A DNA stretch of 64,000 bases from Lama glama (lineage: Eukaryota). Positions 50,013 to 63,159 of the stretch are shown in pieces. The first letter of the stretch is position 1. Every line of letters starts with the position of its first letter. The notes under the pieces were generated by a model that made no database searches, was not told the DNA's origin, and saw nothing but the letters and a program-made list of their open reading frames with translations. The translations under genes were made by a program, and so were the position numbers. The stretch covers positions 24,926,001 through 24,990,000 of the forward strand of contig CM052817.1 of NCBI GenBank assembly GCA_028534125.1, written 5' to 3'.

Positions 50013-51633
50013 AAATTTCAAGTAATATATTTCAACACAATCTTTTTGGAAGATACTCCCTCTTTACTATTGTTATTAATTTGTGAAATACTTATCCTTT
50101 GTAAGTCTGGATAATTAGATTTGGGGATAACCTGGTTTTTGAAATTTATACATGAACTGAAATATTAGTTTAGCCAACTGCTTACTCATTTCTTTCTAGA
50201 AGCAGTTTGGTGAACTGACAGTGAGCCAAATGCCCAAAGAGGCATGGACAGGGAAGCTGTCCCTGGCAGTGGCAGCTCCTGGCTTACATGCTGATCCTGG
50301 CCCTTCTGGATGTGTTGTCCTCCCTGAGAGCCCTCTGGGTCTGAGCTGACAAGACTCAGAGCCCTCCCAACAGTGAGCTGGCCTCCGATGATACAGGGGA
50401 CTGACTGTCCCTCGGTCTCCTCTGTCTCTTCTTTGGCTTAAGGCTGACTGACATTCTAGAAAGAGCAAAATTAACTTAAATGTAATGTCTGGTTTCTGTG
50501 GCGAAGGGTGAGGAAGCTGGCTGTGTGCATGTATGCAGGTCCAAGATCAATATGGTGTGTCACAGAGTAAATAGGACCCATTTCTTCCTCTTTTCATGTT
50601 GACCTAGTATCCTGAAAAGAGTGTTATGTTGACAGTCAGACTTGTGCTTTAACCTGTGATTTATATTTTAAAAAAAGACAAAAACTCTCAGTGTCATTGG
50701 GAAAGCTGCTCAGTGCATTTATTTTTCAAGTACTTATTGTGTGACTGCTGTATACAGGGTCCCTTGCAACATGCAGGAAAAACAGCAAAGACAGGCACGG
50801 TCTCTGCTCACGTGGAATTTAGATTCCAGGAGGAGACCAACAACTGATTGTACAAGTAATTGTCTCACTGAAATTGTGATTAAATATCACAAAGGATAAG
50901 TAGAGGATCCTGTGAGAGCAGCTGGGGTATCGGGGAAGACTTCTTTGAGAAAGTGACTTTCACTGAGCAGAGGTTTCATTGTGGTCATCTAGAAGAGAAT
51001 CCTGGGTTCAGGGAGCAGCAGGTGAGGGAGGGATGCTGCACAGTTAACATGGCTATTGCAACACAGTCCTTTGCTGCAACGGACATCTATTAGGATATCT
51101 GTTATGCTGACTCAAGTTTGTAAGTCAGTGTTAATTTATGCTAATGCTCTAACTTTTTTAGAAGGTCAGGTAAGCAGTGGTGAATACCTAACTCACAGTG
51201 TGCACTCAACAAATGGTAGATTATTTTAACAGTAATTTAAGAAGACTTTTGTTATCATTAGAAAGTGTTCTGGAATTTGTAAAAGCGAAGCTCCATATTC
51301 GCAGGGAGATTCACTCATGTAGAAACCTCAGTGCCTTACCACACTTGGGTATGGGACCTGGGGCTCTGCTGCTAACTTACGGATAGTTGATCCTTTCATC
51401 TCAAGACTGCTGCCTGTTGTAGATGAAAGTAGCGATGGTCGTCTGTGCTACCCGAAATCCGTAGGATAGATTGTAACCTTGAAGTGATTTTCTGCATGAG
51501 ATGGTCCGAATTCTATAGGAGCTTGACTCTTTTGTTCTTTATTTTCATAGGTCATGAAATGAGAAAGTTTGTGTAATAAATTTGAATTCAATTTTCATGA
51601 AAAGCTAGTTGCTTTTTTTGTTTATCTTTTAAG

Positions 51634-51723
51634 ATTGGTCAATCGGAAGTTTACCTCATCAGTCCTGACACCAAAAAAATAGCGTTGGAGAAAAATTTTA
51701 AGGAGATATCCTTTTGCTCTCAG
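51634..51723 (+). CDS. TBC1D1: TBC1D1 coding exon (exon 4), PTB2; 90 nt, phase 0/0
   Basis: Acceptor tttatcttttaag|ATT, donor CAG|gtaaat. Translates [30 protein letters not shown] and continues the exon 3 frame; not shown in the ORF track. Confidence 0.97.
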
Positions 51724-53474
51724 GTAAATGGAGATGGGTTATCAGCTCAAGAGCCATTGAATTTTTTAATAAATTCTTTTACTTTGTCACTGAGCCGAAG
51801 TGGTTAAGGTTACAAGGTGTATGCTTTGTAAGTACCCAATTTGTGATCTTCATTTCTTCCTCCTTTTGTATATTAAGGCAAAATGTGAATATAATTTTGA
51901 AATCAAGTATTTTGTTTTTAGCAACCATAATCTACTGGAGAACCTACTTTCCTTTTTTAAATCATCTGTAGTTATATTCCACAGTCATAATTCCAGGTGT
52001 ATGTATATGTGTACGTGTGTGTGTTAATATATGCATTCATACATACAAATATATATTTTTAAATAGATATTTCTGCTTTACAAAAACTCCTAACTTTTGA
52101 GTTACCAAAGATCATTATTTCTTTTTCCTTAAAATATAATAAATAGTGACTATCTATAAGGGTGTCATCCTCAGAATACAGTGTCTCCTTGAGTTCTTTC
52201 TTGATAATCTCCTGGGTGTGTTTCACAGGGAGATTTTGGAGAATCTGTCAATTGTAATGGGCTATGCCAGTTTTACTCAGGATCTCCTAGCAAATATGAA
52301 ATCGCTTAAAGTTATTGTATGCCTCCTTTTTAAAACTCATTTTCTGATTTCCATTTTCTCAAAATAAGATATAATGAAAGTCTCCTTGTTTGATTTATAA
52401 CATGATCTACATATGGATTCAACAGGGAATATTTTTCCCCCCAAAATGTGACAACAATGAATGTTCATGAATACAGTCGAATAGGGAACCCTTTACCAAG
52501 GAAAAGTTTTTCCAAATCACACTCCCCTGAGAAGTAACCTCTTGCATCTGGTTAACTTGCTGTTGGAGAACGTTGCCTGAGATGCTAGGCTGTGTCGGTG
52601 ATTGCCCGTTTGTTGGGAGATACTTGACTTGAAAGTGAGATTCTCCACAGACTTTTTAATCTTGATGAGGTGCTATTTCTATTGAAATGTTATTATTAAG
52701 TATTTACCTTTGCACGTGATAGTTTTTGTCATTTCCTAAATGGTGTGGTTGACATGATCACCTGACGTTCAGAGTGTCAGCATTCAGATCTCTGCATGCT
52801 GGCGATTTCAGGAGACCCTGTGTATTCACGCTTATGGATGAAGTCTTATCTGTGTTGCTGTGCCTCTTAGCTTATACTCTCAAAACAAGTGTGCATACAA
52901 TATTTATTTGAAAGAGCTCTTAAGAACTGTGGTAGAGCTTTGGCCTTAATATCTTATGTGTAAAAGCTTCTCCATTCTTTTTGTATGATTTTTGATTCAT
53001 TGTTCCTTCCAGTTTACTTCAGTATTTACCTATTTCTTATTTTAGGAGTACAAAGATGATAAATCTTTTCTCTTAACCTTTGTGTCTGCATGTGTGTGTG
53101 TGTGCATGTGCGTGCGTGTGTGTGGGTACACTTGTGTTTTTTCATCAATGTCTCATCTACTTACTCCTTGATACCTAAGAAAAGTTCTCATTTTTCCGTG
53201 TCACCTTTTCTCTGCTTCCTTTTAGTGGTAAAATGAGCATGAAAAACTCCAGTTTTCAGATGCTATGTCTCTTACTGTGGGGGTAGTCAGGGTAACATTT
53301 TAGTAGAACTTCACATTTGAGAGATGTTTTTAGATTTTTTAAATACCTGAGAAAATAATACCTTTATGTAGTGTCCTTTAAAATTGTACTGCGTAAATCT
53401 GAAGCTGCATGTCCGGCACTGGTGCCTCTTCTGGAGACAGCTCACCGCTCCCTTCTCTCTTCCCGCCTCCGCAG

Positions 53475-53579
53475 GGTATTAGGCACGTGGACCACTTTGG
53501 GTTTATCTGCCGAGAGTCTTCAGGAGGTGGAGGCTTTCATTTCGTCTGTTACGTGTTTCAGTGCACAAACGAGGCTCTG
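53475..53579 (+). CDS. TBC1D1: TBC1D1 coding exon (exon 5), PTB2; 105 nt, phase 0/0
   Basis: Acceptor cttcccgcctccgcag|GGT, donor CTG|gtaagt. Translates [35 protein letters not shown]. Confidence 0.97.
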
Positions 53580-54101
53580 GTAAGTGAGAAGGAGCCGTTC
53601 TTACCTTGAAGTTTCCTTTACAAGGGATTTCAACCTCACTGATTTCTTTCCTTAGCAAAACCATATGGCCTCATTGGCATGTTATTTGGCTTTAATTATT
53701 TATCCATGGCTGTTTAACAGTTAGCTAGTTAGCACACACCTGAGCCTTATTTGGGTGTGTGTTTTCAATTTTCATTATTCTTAAAGACCTGCTCACTTTC
53801 ACCCCTGCTTTATTAGCATTTTAAAAATATTTTGGACTTTTGATCAGAAGACTTGGCTTTTTCTCTCAGTATTTAGTTTGAGCCTAGTTTTTACCTTATC
53901 TCCTGGAAGAGCTTTGCACATTCATCGTGTTTCTCAGACTGAACGTAATCCTAGCAGTTATTATGATTATTTTCCGTCAGCCTGTGACTGATGCTTCAGA
54001 AGAATCTTAAAATCCCAAGTCTTTCCGCAGAGTCCTGAGCCCTCTGCCCAGCTCATTTCAGAGTGGCCTTTTGCTGACTGGTCTGCCTTCTCTCTGTCCA
54101 G

Positions 54102-54234
54102 GTTGATGAAATCATGATGACTCTGAAGCAGGCCTTCACGGTGGCTGCGGTGCAGCGGACGGCCAGGGCGCCGGCCCAGCTGTGTGAGGGCTGCCCCCTG
54201 CAGGGTCTGCACAAGCTCTGTGAGCGGATCGAGG
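54102..54234 (+). CDS. TBC1D1: TBC1D1 coding exon (exon 6), end of PTB2; 133 nt, phase 0/1
   Basis: Acceptor ttctctctgtccag|GTT, donor GAG G|gtgagc. Translates [44 protein letters not shown] plus the first base of Gly. Confidence 0.97.
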
Positions 54235-54819
54235 GTGAGCCTGGGCGGAGGGTGAGCGGGGACCCCTTCGAGCAGATGAATGTCTTCTGTGTGTCAGCTA
54301 CTGCACTAGGCACCCCCTGCTACCACCTTCCCTCCAAGGGGCTCTGAGGGTAGTGGAGGAGTTAGGGAATCCGAGAGTACAACCCCAGTTGTGTTGCTAA
54401 TCAAAGGGATGTGAGCGCTCAGTCACGTTGGCTGCCATGGAGAGGGCTAGTAGGATAAGAGGGAAGACTTTCCACTGGGTGTCCCGATCAGAAGGTCATC
54501 GGTGACCTCTGCCAGAGGAGTTTTAATGGGGTGGAGTGGCCGGAAGACAGGTGGCAGTTGAGAAGCCCATTACAAAGGGCACAGGAAATGGTGCTGTGAG
54601 TATGGACAACAGTTTCTAGAAATTTGGCTTAGGGAGAAACTGCAATAAATGTTACAGTTTGCAGATAATGTTGATCATGTACTTAAGATGTGCCTGGCTC
54701 TGAGCTGGGTGTTTTCTTTAACATGTGTTATCATCCATTTAATCCTCACCACTTTGTGGGCAGAAAAGGGATTATTTCTTTTGTACATTTCAGGGATAAG
54801 TAAACCTCCTTTCTGGGTT

Positions 54820-54978
54820 TTAAAAAATTTTATATTTATTTTTATTTGGAAGGGGGAGGTAATTAGGTTTATTTATTTATTAGTTTATTTATTTTTTTAA
54901 ATAGAGGTACTGAGAATTGAACCCAGAACCTCGCTCATGCTAAGCATGCACTCTACCACTGAGCTATACCCTCCCCCT
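54820..54978 (-). mobile_element. tRNA-derived SINE (Vic-1-like)
   Basis: gaattgaacccagaacctcgctcatgctaagcatgcactctaccactgagctataccctcccc core with T-rich tail. Confidence 0.85.
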
Positions 54979-56956
54979 AACTTTCTGTAGTTTTTTGTTT
55001 TGCTTTGTTTTGTTTTGTTTTGTTTTTGGATGGTAACCATTCTGACGTGTGTGAAGTGATATCTGATTTCCTTTTTTAAAGATAAATTGACATCATCTTA
55101 AGGTCCTCAAAGGTTCATTTGCTGGCATTCCAGTGCTCTTTAAAATGAATCAGAATGATAAACATTTTAAACTGTGTTTTCCTAGTTGTTACTCTTTGCT
55201 GACATTATACAAAATATATCTGGGAACAAGAAAAGTTGTGCTTTAACAAGAGATCCCATCTGAGAAGATCACTAACCCTTTCCTTAGTGGTTGTCAAGAT
55301 AAGGTAAACGATGACGGAAATGCCCCTTATTAAGAACCAGCAGTGACTCTGGCCTTGAAGATAAAGCAGACCGTGATCTGGAGGAACTGGAAGGATTCCA
55401 GAGTCCCACTTGGTAGATCTTTCTTTGGTCTGGCTTAGCTTTCAGAAGTTTAAAGCTGAAAAGTTTGATTATGGTAGGGATTTTGCTGCTGCAGTTTTGG
55501 AGTTACCGTTTAATTCATCCTTTTCCCTGATAAAATACCAAGCAAAGCAGAAAGCGATGCTGACGTAAAAACATCCATTAAGTAGCACAATTAGGAGGCT
55601 GGTGAGGGTGTTTTGCTTTTGTGATGGGAAGCATTTCTAGAGTGTAGATGGCCCATTATTACAGCCATCTTTACTAGAGGAGATGCTGATTATTTTATGA
55701 ACAGTTTGAGGTTCTTGCTTTTTGCTATATTGCTTCCCCAGTAAGTAGAATGAAGTGGTTTATTAAAGCTCGTTGTATGTTCCCATTAAGAGTAGTTTTA
55801 TAGGAAGCCACGATCTGGGCAAGAACTTCATACACTGTGGAGAGGACCAGTGACTTGGCCACAAAAAGGACTTAAAGACTATGTTTTCTGAAGCAATTGA
55901 TATAGTCACGTGTGCTCTGGAATCTATAAAATAGAATAAATACAGTGTACATATGGGTAATGGTGGCCACTGCACTCTGGAGCGCACTTACAGCTTGTAA
56001 GAGGGGCTTCTGTTCTTGTTTCTGTTTGAATTATGTACAACTGCTAGTATTACTTACATGGTATTTTGCTTTTTTTTTTTTTAAGTTTAGAGGAGCATTT
56101 GGGGAATTGCTGGAAAGAATTTATACTTTCACTAAAAAGAAAAAAAAAAAGGTGAACTAAGGTTTTCTTTTGCTCTCTAAATAAATTTGCCTCCAGCACA
56201 GCAAAGCCATTCAGATTCAGAGCTCCCTCTAGTAAGAGCCTTTTCAGCCGGACAGCACAAAGGCCAGCGCGCTAACCACCCTGGAGGGACTGTAGTCTGG
56301 GAAAGCCCTGGACTCTGGTTACCCTTCTCTGCTGTGTTTCTTGCCTCCCTTCTCGCCTATTAAAAAAAAAGGCTTTTGGCATCATGCGGGGAGTGCTGCC
56401 TTCTTGCTGCAGACACCCCGCAGAAGTGGCTGAAGGTGGTGAGAAGCCCCGTGGTGGGTGCACGGTGGGGAGCAGGCACTGGGCCCAGGAGGACCACCTC
56501 TGTTTTAATGTGGGGTGGGAAGGACCTAATGAATGGAGGCATCCTCACGGCAGGGGTAGAACTGTCGCAGGGGCTCTGTGCCTGCTGAATGTGAAGAGTA
56601 GTCTGTATTGTATGACTTCACCCGAGACTGTTAGAAGTGTACCTAATTAGTCCACCTCTTCGTGGGGTTTTTCTCTACACATGAATGTCTCATCAGACAG
56701 AACAGTGTGTCTGAGAGAAGATGCTCACACTGTGTCATTGACGTCCATGTCCGGGGGAGGATTTTCATCTAATGATTTCTAAGTGCTAATTTTACTCATA
56801 AATTTAAACACTGTTTTGATTCAACATTTCAGTAGTTAGTTCAGTAAAGTCATCTCTGTTTTTTCCCTGGCTGCTGTGACCTGCCAGCCTGCCATAAGAG
56901 TACCTGAATTGTGCTCTGACAAAATCCATCTGTCCTTTTGCACTTGTACTCACCTC

Positions 56957-57335
56957 TTTTTTTTTTAAATTGAAGTATAGTTGACTTACAATATTATTAT
57001 TAGTTTCAGGTGTGCAACATAACGATCCAATATTTTTATATCTTACATACCATACAGTGTTGTTATAACATTATTTACTATGTCCTCTGTGCTGTGTATT
57101 CCATCCCTGTGACTTATTTATTTTATAACTGGTAGTTTAATCCCCTGGTATCTCTTATTTCCCTTCACCTGTTTCACCCATTCCCACCTTCCCCTCTCCT
57201 CTCGTGACCACCAGTTTGTCGTCTGTATCTTAAGTGTGTTTCTGTTTTGCTGTATTTTTTGTTTTGTTTTTTTAGATTCCGCATATAAGTGAAAACATAT
57301 AGTATCTGTCTTTCTCTGCCTCATTTCACTTAGCG
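56957..57335 (-). mobile_element. L1 3' end (artiodactyl type)
   Basis: Poly(T) then aattgaagtatagttgacttacaat...gtttcaggtgt...tttagattccgcatataagtga; start is the reverse complement of the end of 612-772. Confidence 0.8.
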
Positions 57336-57394
57336 ATTCACTTTGGTATTAAAGCCACTGGTGCCAGGTGACTTGACTGTCCAGGTGAAGGGGA

Positions 57395-57625
57395 GCAGTG
57401 GCGTGTTTCAGAGTGGTCCCTGATGGCAGGCAGATGTGGGTCAGATTTTAACTGTGTCCCTTACTTAGCTGATGACCTTGGACAAAATACTTGACTTCAC
57501 TGTGCCTCAGTTTCTTCTTCTACAGACACTGGGACGACTAAAAACAGTGCCCACTTCAAGGATTATGTTGAGGATTAAATGATATTATTCATGGAGTATT
57601 GTGCACAGTAGTCACTTAAATAATT
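57395..57625 (+). mobile_element. MIR SINE
   Basis: MIR core tgaccttggacaa...cttcactgtgcctcagtttc...gttgaggattaaatga. Other weaker MIR-like cores lie near 11530, 14650, 30350, 40190, 48760 and 58470. Confidence 0.72.
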
Positions 57626-58863
57626 GCCTTTTATTTTTATGGTGACTTCTTAGGGTTTTCGCCCCCCCCCCCCAAAAAAAAGATTGAGAGGAAAGGCAGG
57701 ACTTCTGGAAGCGGAGAGAGCTGCAACAGTTTGAGCACGGGCTGCAGCCTGGCCGCAGCCTGTTAGGAGGGTGGGGCTCTGCCTTCTGCAGCAGGAGGGG
57801 TCGGGGGAGGCACCCTGGCTCTGGGCACGGATCGGCCCCCTGACCTTAAGTCACTGTCTTCTCTGGACCTCAGCAAACTCATCTGTAAAACAGAGGCATG
57901 ATTTCCAAGTCCCTGTTCGGATGTCGGAGGTCCCCTCCAGCCCTCCTCAGTGACACAGGTAGATCTGGCTTGGAGCCCCTGCCCCGCTGCTCACCCGGGA
58001 GCAGGCGGGGGTGGCAGGTGGATGGGGACAGGACTGCCCTTGGAACCAGAGCAGTCGGCAGCAGTTTTTCCACGAACATTAGGTCAGTGATTCCTTTCAT
58101 TCCAGATTCTCTCTTCATGTGGGGTGTTTATCTCTGGCACCAAGAAGAGGCCGAAAGGTTCCTAGCCATTTATGTGTGGAGAAGGAACTTTGTGAAATAT
58201 CAGATTCTAATGGGTACTAACACTGCAACTTTATTTTAAGGACTTTTCCTCACACTCCTTTGTAATGTTAACTAGACAGTCTTAAGACTGTTAATAAGCA
58301 AGTGGTGGTGAAAAGAAAAGTTGTTAGCCACACAAATCAGTTTTCCGTGAAAGAGCCTAATATGTAAAAGGAAAACTCTGGTCAGTTTTCAAATGTTAAC
58401 GTACAAATACTCCCAAGAGTTTTCTGAGGACAATGCTCTGATTGTGTGAGGTGTTCTAACATGGAGTAGCGGTGAAAAAACGCAATTGGGAGCCACACAA
58501 ACCTGAGGTAAAGCCCAGTTTGGTGGTCTTTGGAAATTATGGGAGCTCTCTGAGTCTCAGTTCCTGAACTGTAAAATGGGGCTAATCGACTCTTGTTCGT
58601 CAGATTGTTCTGACTATTACATGACCCAGGCCTGAAGTTGAAGTCAGTGCCTAGCACACAAGGGCTCAACCAAAAAATGTTGGTTGTCACCGGCATCATC
58701 ACCGACATGTTGGATTAGAATTTCCGTGAAACCTCAAGAGCCTGAGGTGGGGGTGAGCACCCACCTTTCATGTAAAGAGGAGTGATTATGGGAGGTGTTG
58801 ACTCTCCCTTATAGCTGTTACGAGTGTTCTCATGTCTCTGTCTTTTTAAAAATCTCTTAATAG

Positions 58864-58955
58864 GAATGAATTCTTCCAAAACCAAACTAGAACTCCAGAA
58901 GCACCTGACAACGTTAACGAATCAGGAGCAAGCGACAATTTTTGAAGAGGTTCAG
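58864..58955 (+). CDS. TBC1D1: TBC1D1 coding exon (exon 7); 92 nt, phase 1/0
   Basis: Acceptor tctcttaatag|GA, donor CAG|gtatgg. Completes Gly, then MNSSKTKLELQKHLTTLTNQEQATIFEEVQ; phase matches exon 6. Confidence 0.96.
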
Positions 58956-59436
58956 GTATGGTAATGGTTTCTAATTTCTAGAAGGAACGAGAAGGCAGGC
59001 AACTTATCCATGAAATGTTATTTATAAAAAATTGCAAAGCAGAGCAGTCAGAGCCCCGAGGAAGTGGCCCCGAGTTCCTCTTGGCTTAAGCTTTAACAGC
59101 CCCCTGGAGGGGGCCAGGTCAGAATTGGTTTTCTTGTGAAAATAACTAAGCCAGGGGAGCTGTCCCTCAAAGAATGAGAGAAAGGAAATGAAGTGGAGAG
59201 AGCCTCAGCCCGGGAGACAGGGGACCTGGACTTTGGTCCCTGAGCGCTGCTCTCCCCAGGAAACCTCTGCCCGCGCCTTCCTGCTGGGGATTCAGCCCTC
59301 CTTGTGGGAGTCTCAAGGCTATAACATTTCGTACATGAAATTGAACATAATTGTTCCTCCCCTCTCTTATTTTTCAGTTTTGAAAATAGATGATGTTACC
59401 TACTATGTGATATATCAAACTTAAAAACAAAATACA

Positions 59437-59608
59437 GAGTGGGGAGGGTGTATGTCAGTGGTAGAGCACTTGCTTAGCTGTATGGGATCCTCGGTTCAAT
59501 CCCCAGTACCTCCATTTAAATAAATAAATAAATAAATAATACATAAATAAATATAAACCTAATTATCTTCCCCCCCAAATAAACAAAAATTTAAAAAAAC
59601 CAAACAAA
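59437..59608 (+). mobile_element. tRNA-derived SINE (Vic-1-like), sense orientation
   Basis: ggggagggtgtatgtcagtggtagagc (A-box-like), ggttcaatccc (B-box-like), (AAAT)n spacer and A-rich tail; reverse complement of the other copies. Confidence 0.88.
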
Positions 59609-62138
59609 AAACCAAAATACAAAACAAAACCCAAGCTCGTTGGTTTTCTGCAGTAAACCCGGAAACTCGCTCTTGTCCTCACATTTCGATGCACGTTTCT
59701 CGGGGAAACCATGCTGTGTGTGCTGGCATGCCTATAGTCTGTTCATTATGAATCTTTAATGAGCTCATCAAAAATTTCATGTCTGCTTTAGCTGAGGGGC
59801 ATTTTCTGTGGTTTCGTGGCACTTCTCTAGGGAGGAGAGCACAGCAGAACAAAGCATTAATCTCTCTTTTGGAGGGAGGAGAGTGGCAGGGTTCTGCAAA
59901 GAGAGGAGTCTTTAAACAAAACAGGAAGGCCGGCAACTCTAGACTGTGACTTCTCTCTCCCTCCTCACTGGGGGAAGGACTGCAGACAGGGCCCATGGTC
60001 TGTTTTCTGTTAGAGTGAAAAATTAAAGAACTGTCTTTTTCTTTAATCACAAGTTAAGAGTTCTCCTTCCCTTGTTTTTCTGCAGTCGGATTGGCAGATG
60101 TTTGTAGAAAGAAAGCATAGTAAGGTTTTTAAATTTCATAAATAGCTTAGAATAACTTACACAATTTCCAGTTGCCTTTAAATTTTCTTGTTTTCTTCTG
60201 AATTGACTTGAGACACACTACTTTGTTTTTTCTTCAAAGATCTTTAGAGTTCTAAGTACACAGTCCTCTCAGGCAAATTTAATGTGATTTGTACTTGGGA
60301 TTCATAAATAGATGGACATTTGCTTCTGACTGTTAATGCGTTTGTAATGGGAGCTGGGGCTGTTTTCATCTGATGCTGGCCCACTTTGCTGTATTAGTGC
60401 TATCAAGTCACTTTGGGGAACATCTTTCTAGCAAGCATAGAAGATGTATGTTCCTCCCCTAATGTGAGTTGGTTTTCTTTTTAATTTAGGCAGCACTGTG
60501 TAGTTTTCCCCAGAAGACTGTGATGAATCAAGATAGGTAATATCCAAAATATTCTTTTGCAGCAGTGACAAGTTCCTAATGGATGTGGTTCTGAGATTCT
60601 CATTGATGCATGAAAGTTTAAGACACATTATGACAAACAAACATTAGAGAAAATCAGTGACAAAGGTTTGCTTAAAAAAATGCATTCAGTTAATATCTCA
60701 GGGCCCTGTGTGTGGTTGTAGAAGGCACTGTAATTTTTTGATTGGTTTAAAGACAAAGGGAAGTCCTCCTGTTCATTGGCTTTGAAAAGCCAGCTCATAC
60801 TTTGTCTTCCATCATTGTAAGTGTGGCTTTTCTTTAAATAATGCAAATTTGACATGGCTTTCTTCTGATGGCTTATTGGTAGTCTTGTTAAATTATTTCC
60901 TCAATGACCGATCTTGTTTTTTATAGAATATTTTATAAACCAAGTCACTGGTTTATTTTTTGGTAGTAGTGCCTGTTGATGTTTTTGAAAAACCATGGGT
61001 TTTGAAAACATGAAGAAAAAAGTGGCTTTGCAGTATCATGAGACTTCTTATAAATAGATTGGTTAATATTTTCCTGGAGAATAGTTTGTTTCTGAGGAAT
61101 TCTCCAAGGGCAAATTTTTATAAAACAAATCTAATTACTATTGAAATAAATGGTACATGATTACTTAAATAGTTATTGAAGCATACATATTTGTTTTTGT
61201 AAATCAGTGTTTCATGTTAAAAAAAAAAAAGTGCAACCCAAACAGAACCGGAAAGAAGCAGATCATTAATTACTGTGCAGATGGTGCTGGGGATTACCAC
61301 TGCTGCCAGCAAGCCAGCTTCGGCTTTGAGCTCTGAGAGGAGGACTTGGTGCCCCATAGGCTTGCGGGGCTGCTAACCCTCCTCTTCCTAAGAGGACGCA
61401 TGACACTGCAGAGGCACTTTTTTTTTATCAATGACCTTTTTGAAATGTACAATTTTCAACATATCTAGGTGGGTATATAGGAGGGTGACCCGCAGGCGGG
61501 GCCTTGCTCTCTCCTGCTGTCTCCACTGGCTGAATGTGTCCACATCCATTGTCCTCAGAGGGAGAAACTGCTTTCATACCAGGTGGAATTGGTGAAGAAA
61601 ATGTTTCTAAGTCTTAATTTCCTTCATCTGAATGAGTGCGTTTTAGGGAATGCCTTAATGAATACTCAGTAGGTAAATCAAGTAGATTGAAACTCAATAG
61701 ATGTTGATAATGGATTAAATAACATAACTTTAAACAAGTCAAAGATTAATGGTTGGAGGAACTCCCCCCCCAACTTTGTGTAGACTATGTATCAACTTAG
61801 TTGGCTTTTCAGTGATTTAAAGATGATTTCTTGTAAGATTTTATTATCTTTTTTTTTAAAAAGATGTCTGGTGGTTGTATCCAGGTGAGCGTCGCTATTT
61901 TAAATAGACTCCTCAGAAGACCATAGACTTTCTCAGTGTTCTGGTATTCATTAGCCAGTGTTAGAAATTGATTTTAAAATCATTTTTACAACTGACTTAC
62001 AGAGAAATGAGATTAAGAAGTGTAACAAAATTGGCTTTGTTACTTTTAATAGGCAATTAATTATTTTGCATTGCTCTTTTTAAAAAATGAAATCTATAGC
62101 AAAGCACACAAATCAATGTTGTATAGTTCAATGAAATT

Positions 62139-62389
62139 AAAAAAATATTTTTGCAGTTAAAAGAAATTTTTGAGGCATAGTTTTTACAATATTATGTAAG
62201 TTTCAGGTGTACAATATAGTCTCTCTCTCTCTCTTTTTTAAATGGAGGTACTGGGAATGGAACCCAGGACCTCGTGCATGCTAAGCAGGGGCTCTGTTAC
62301 TGAGCTGTACCCTCCCTGTCTCAGATGTACAATGTAGTGATTCAGTTTTTAAAGGTTTTACTCTACTTATAGTAAAATACTGGCTGCAT
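62139..62389 (-). mobile_element. L1 3' end (artiodactyl type) interrupted by a SINE
   Basis: ttacaatattatgtaagtttcaggtgtacaa[SINE]tagtgattcagtttttaaagg...aaaatactggct. Confidence 0.7.
62221..62320 (-). mobile_element. Short form of the Vic-1-like SINE inserted into an L1 3' end
   Basis: Core present; 18-bp TSD tcag(g/a)tgtacaat(a/g)tagt at 62203-62220 and 62321-62338. Confidence 0.85.
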
Positions 62390-63159
62390 TTCAGTGAATT
62401 TTCATAAGATGAATACGCCTGTGCAGCAGCACCCAGACTGGGAAATAGGGCCGTCCCGTCCCTCAGAACCCGGTCAGCACTACCCCCAGGGAACCACTGT
62501 CCTGACTTCTGACGCTGTAGATAACTTTGAGTAAGCAAGTTAGTTTTTGACTGCAAAGTAGTATTATCCAACTTGAGTCCCCATTATTTTCCTCAGATTT
62601 GTCCCTCTGACTCATGGCTATTTATAAATCACCTTTAGGAAGGAGTGATTTGCCCCTTTGGAGGATGGTGAAGTCACATGGCCACATGGGCGGTATTAAG
62701 GTGATGCCACCTCGCGAATCGTTTTCACTCAACAGGAGGGTCGCCCCGAGTCATGTTTCAGTTATTTTAAGGAGGGATTTATTTCTTGACCTTGTGTGAC
62801 ACCCCAGACATGGTGTTCTCAGCCTCACCGACTTTCCCTGTGATGCCTAAGGTGCTCTGTGATGTAGTGTCTGGGCGACGGCTCTGGTGGTACCCTGTGT
62901 TCACTGCAGTCTCATTTTCTGTCCATTTGAGTAGGTTCCTTCATGTGTATGTTGAGAAAAAGAAAACATATTAATAATTCTCCTTATTACTGTGTTCTTA
63001 GCCTTTTTTAATATTTTGAAATAAGTGATTGTGAAGAATTTCTCCAAGAAAATAGACATATTTTTGTGAGAGCAGCCCAAGGTTTAATTAAAGAGTAGGA
63101 GCGGAAAGAATGGGGCAGCTCTTGGGTGCCTTTCTGTCCTGTCTGCTCCTCTCTTTAAA

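Noticed and set aside
58801..58863. Alternative acceptor ctctcccttatag at 58813-58814 upstream of exon 7
   Set aside because: Would add 49 nt and frameshift; the 58862-58863 AG fits the protein exactly.
59437..59515. tRNA-like A and B boxes
   Set aside because: Part of a multi-copy SINE with A-rich tail; not a tRNA gene.
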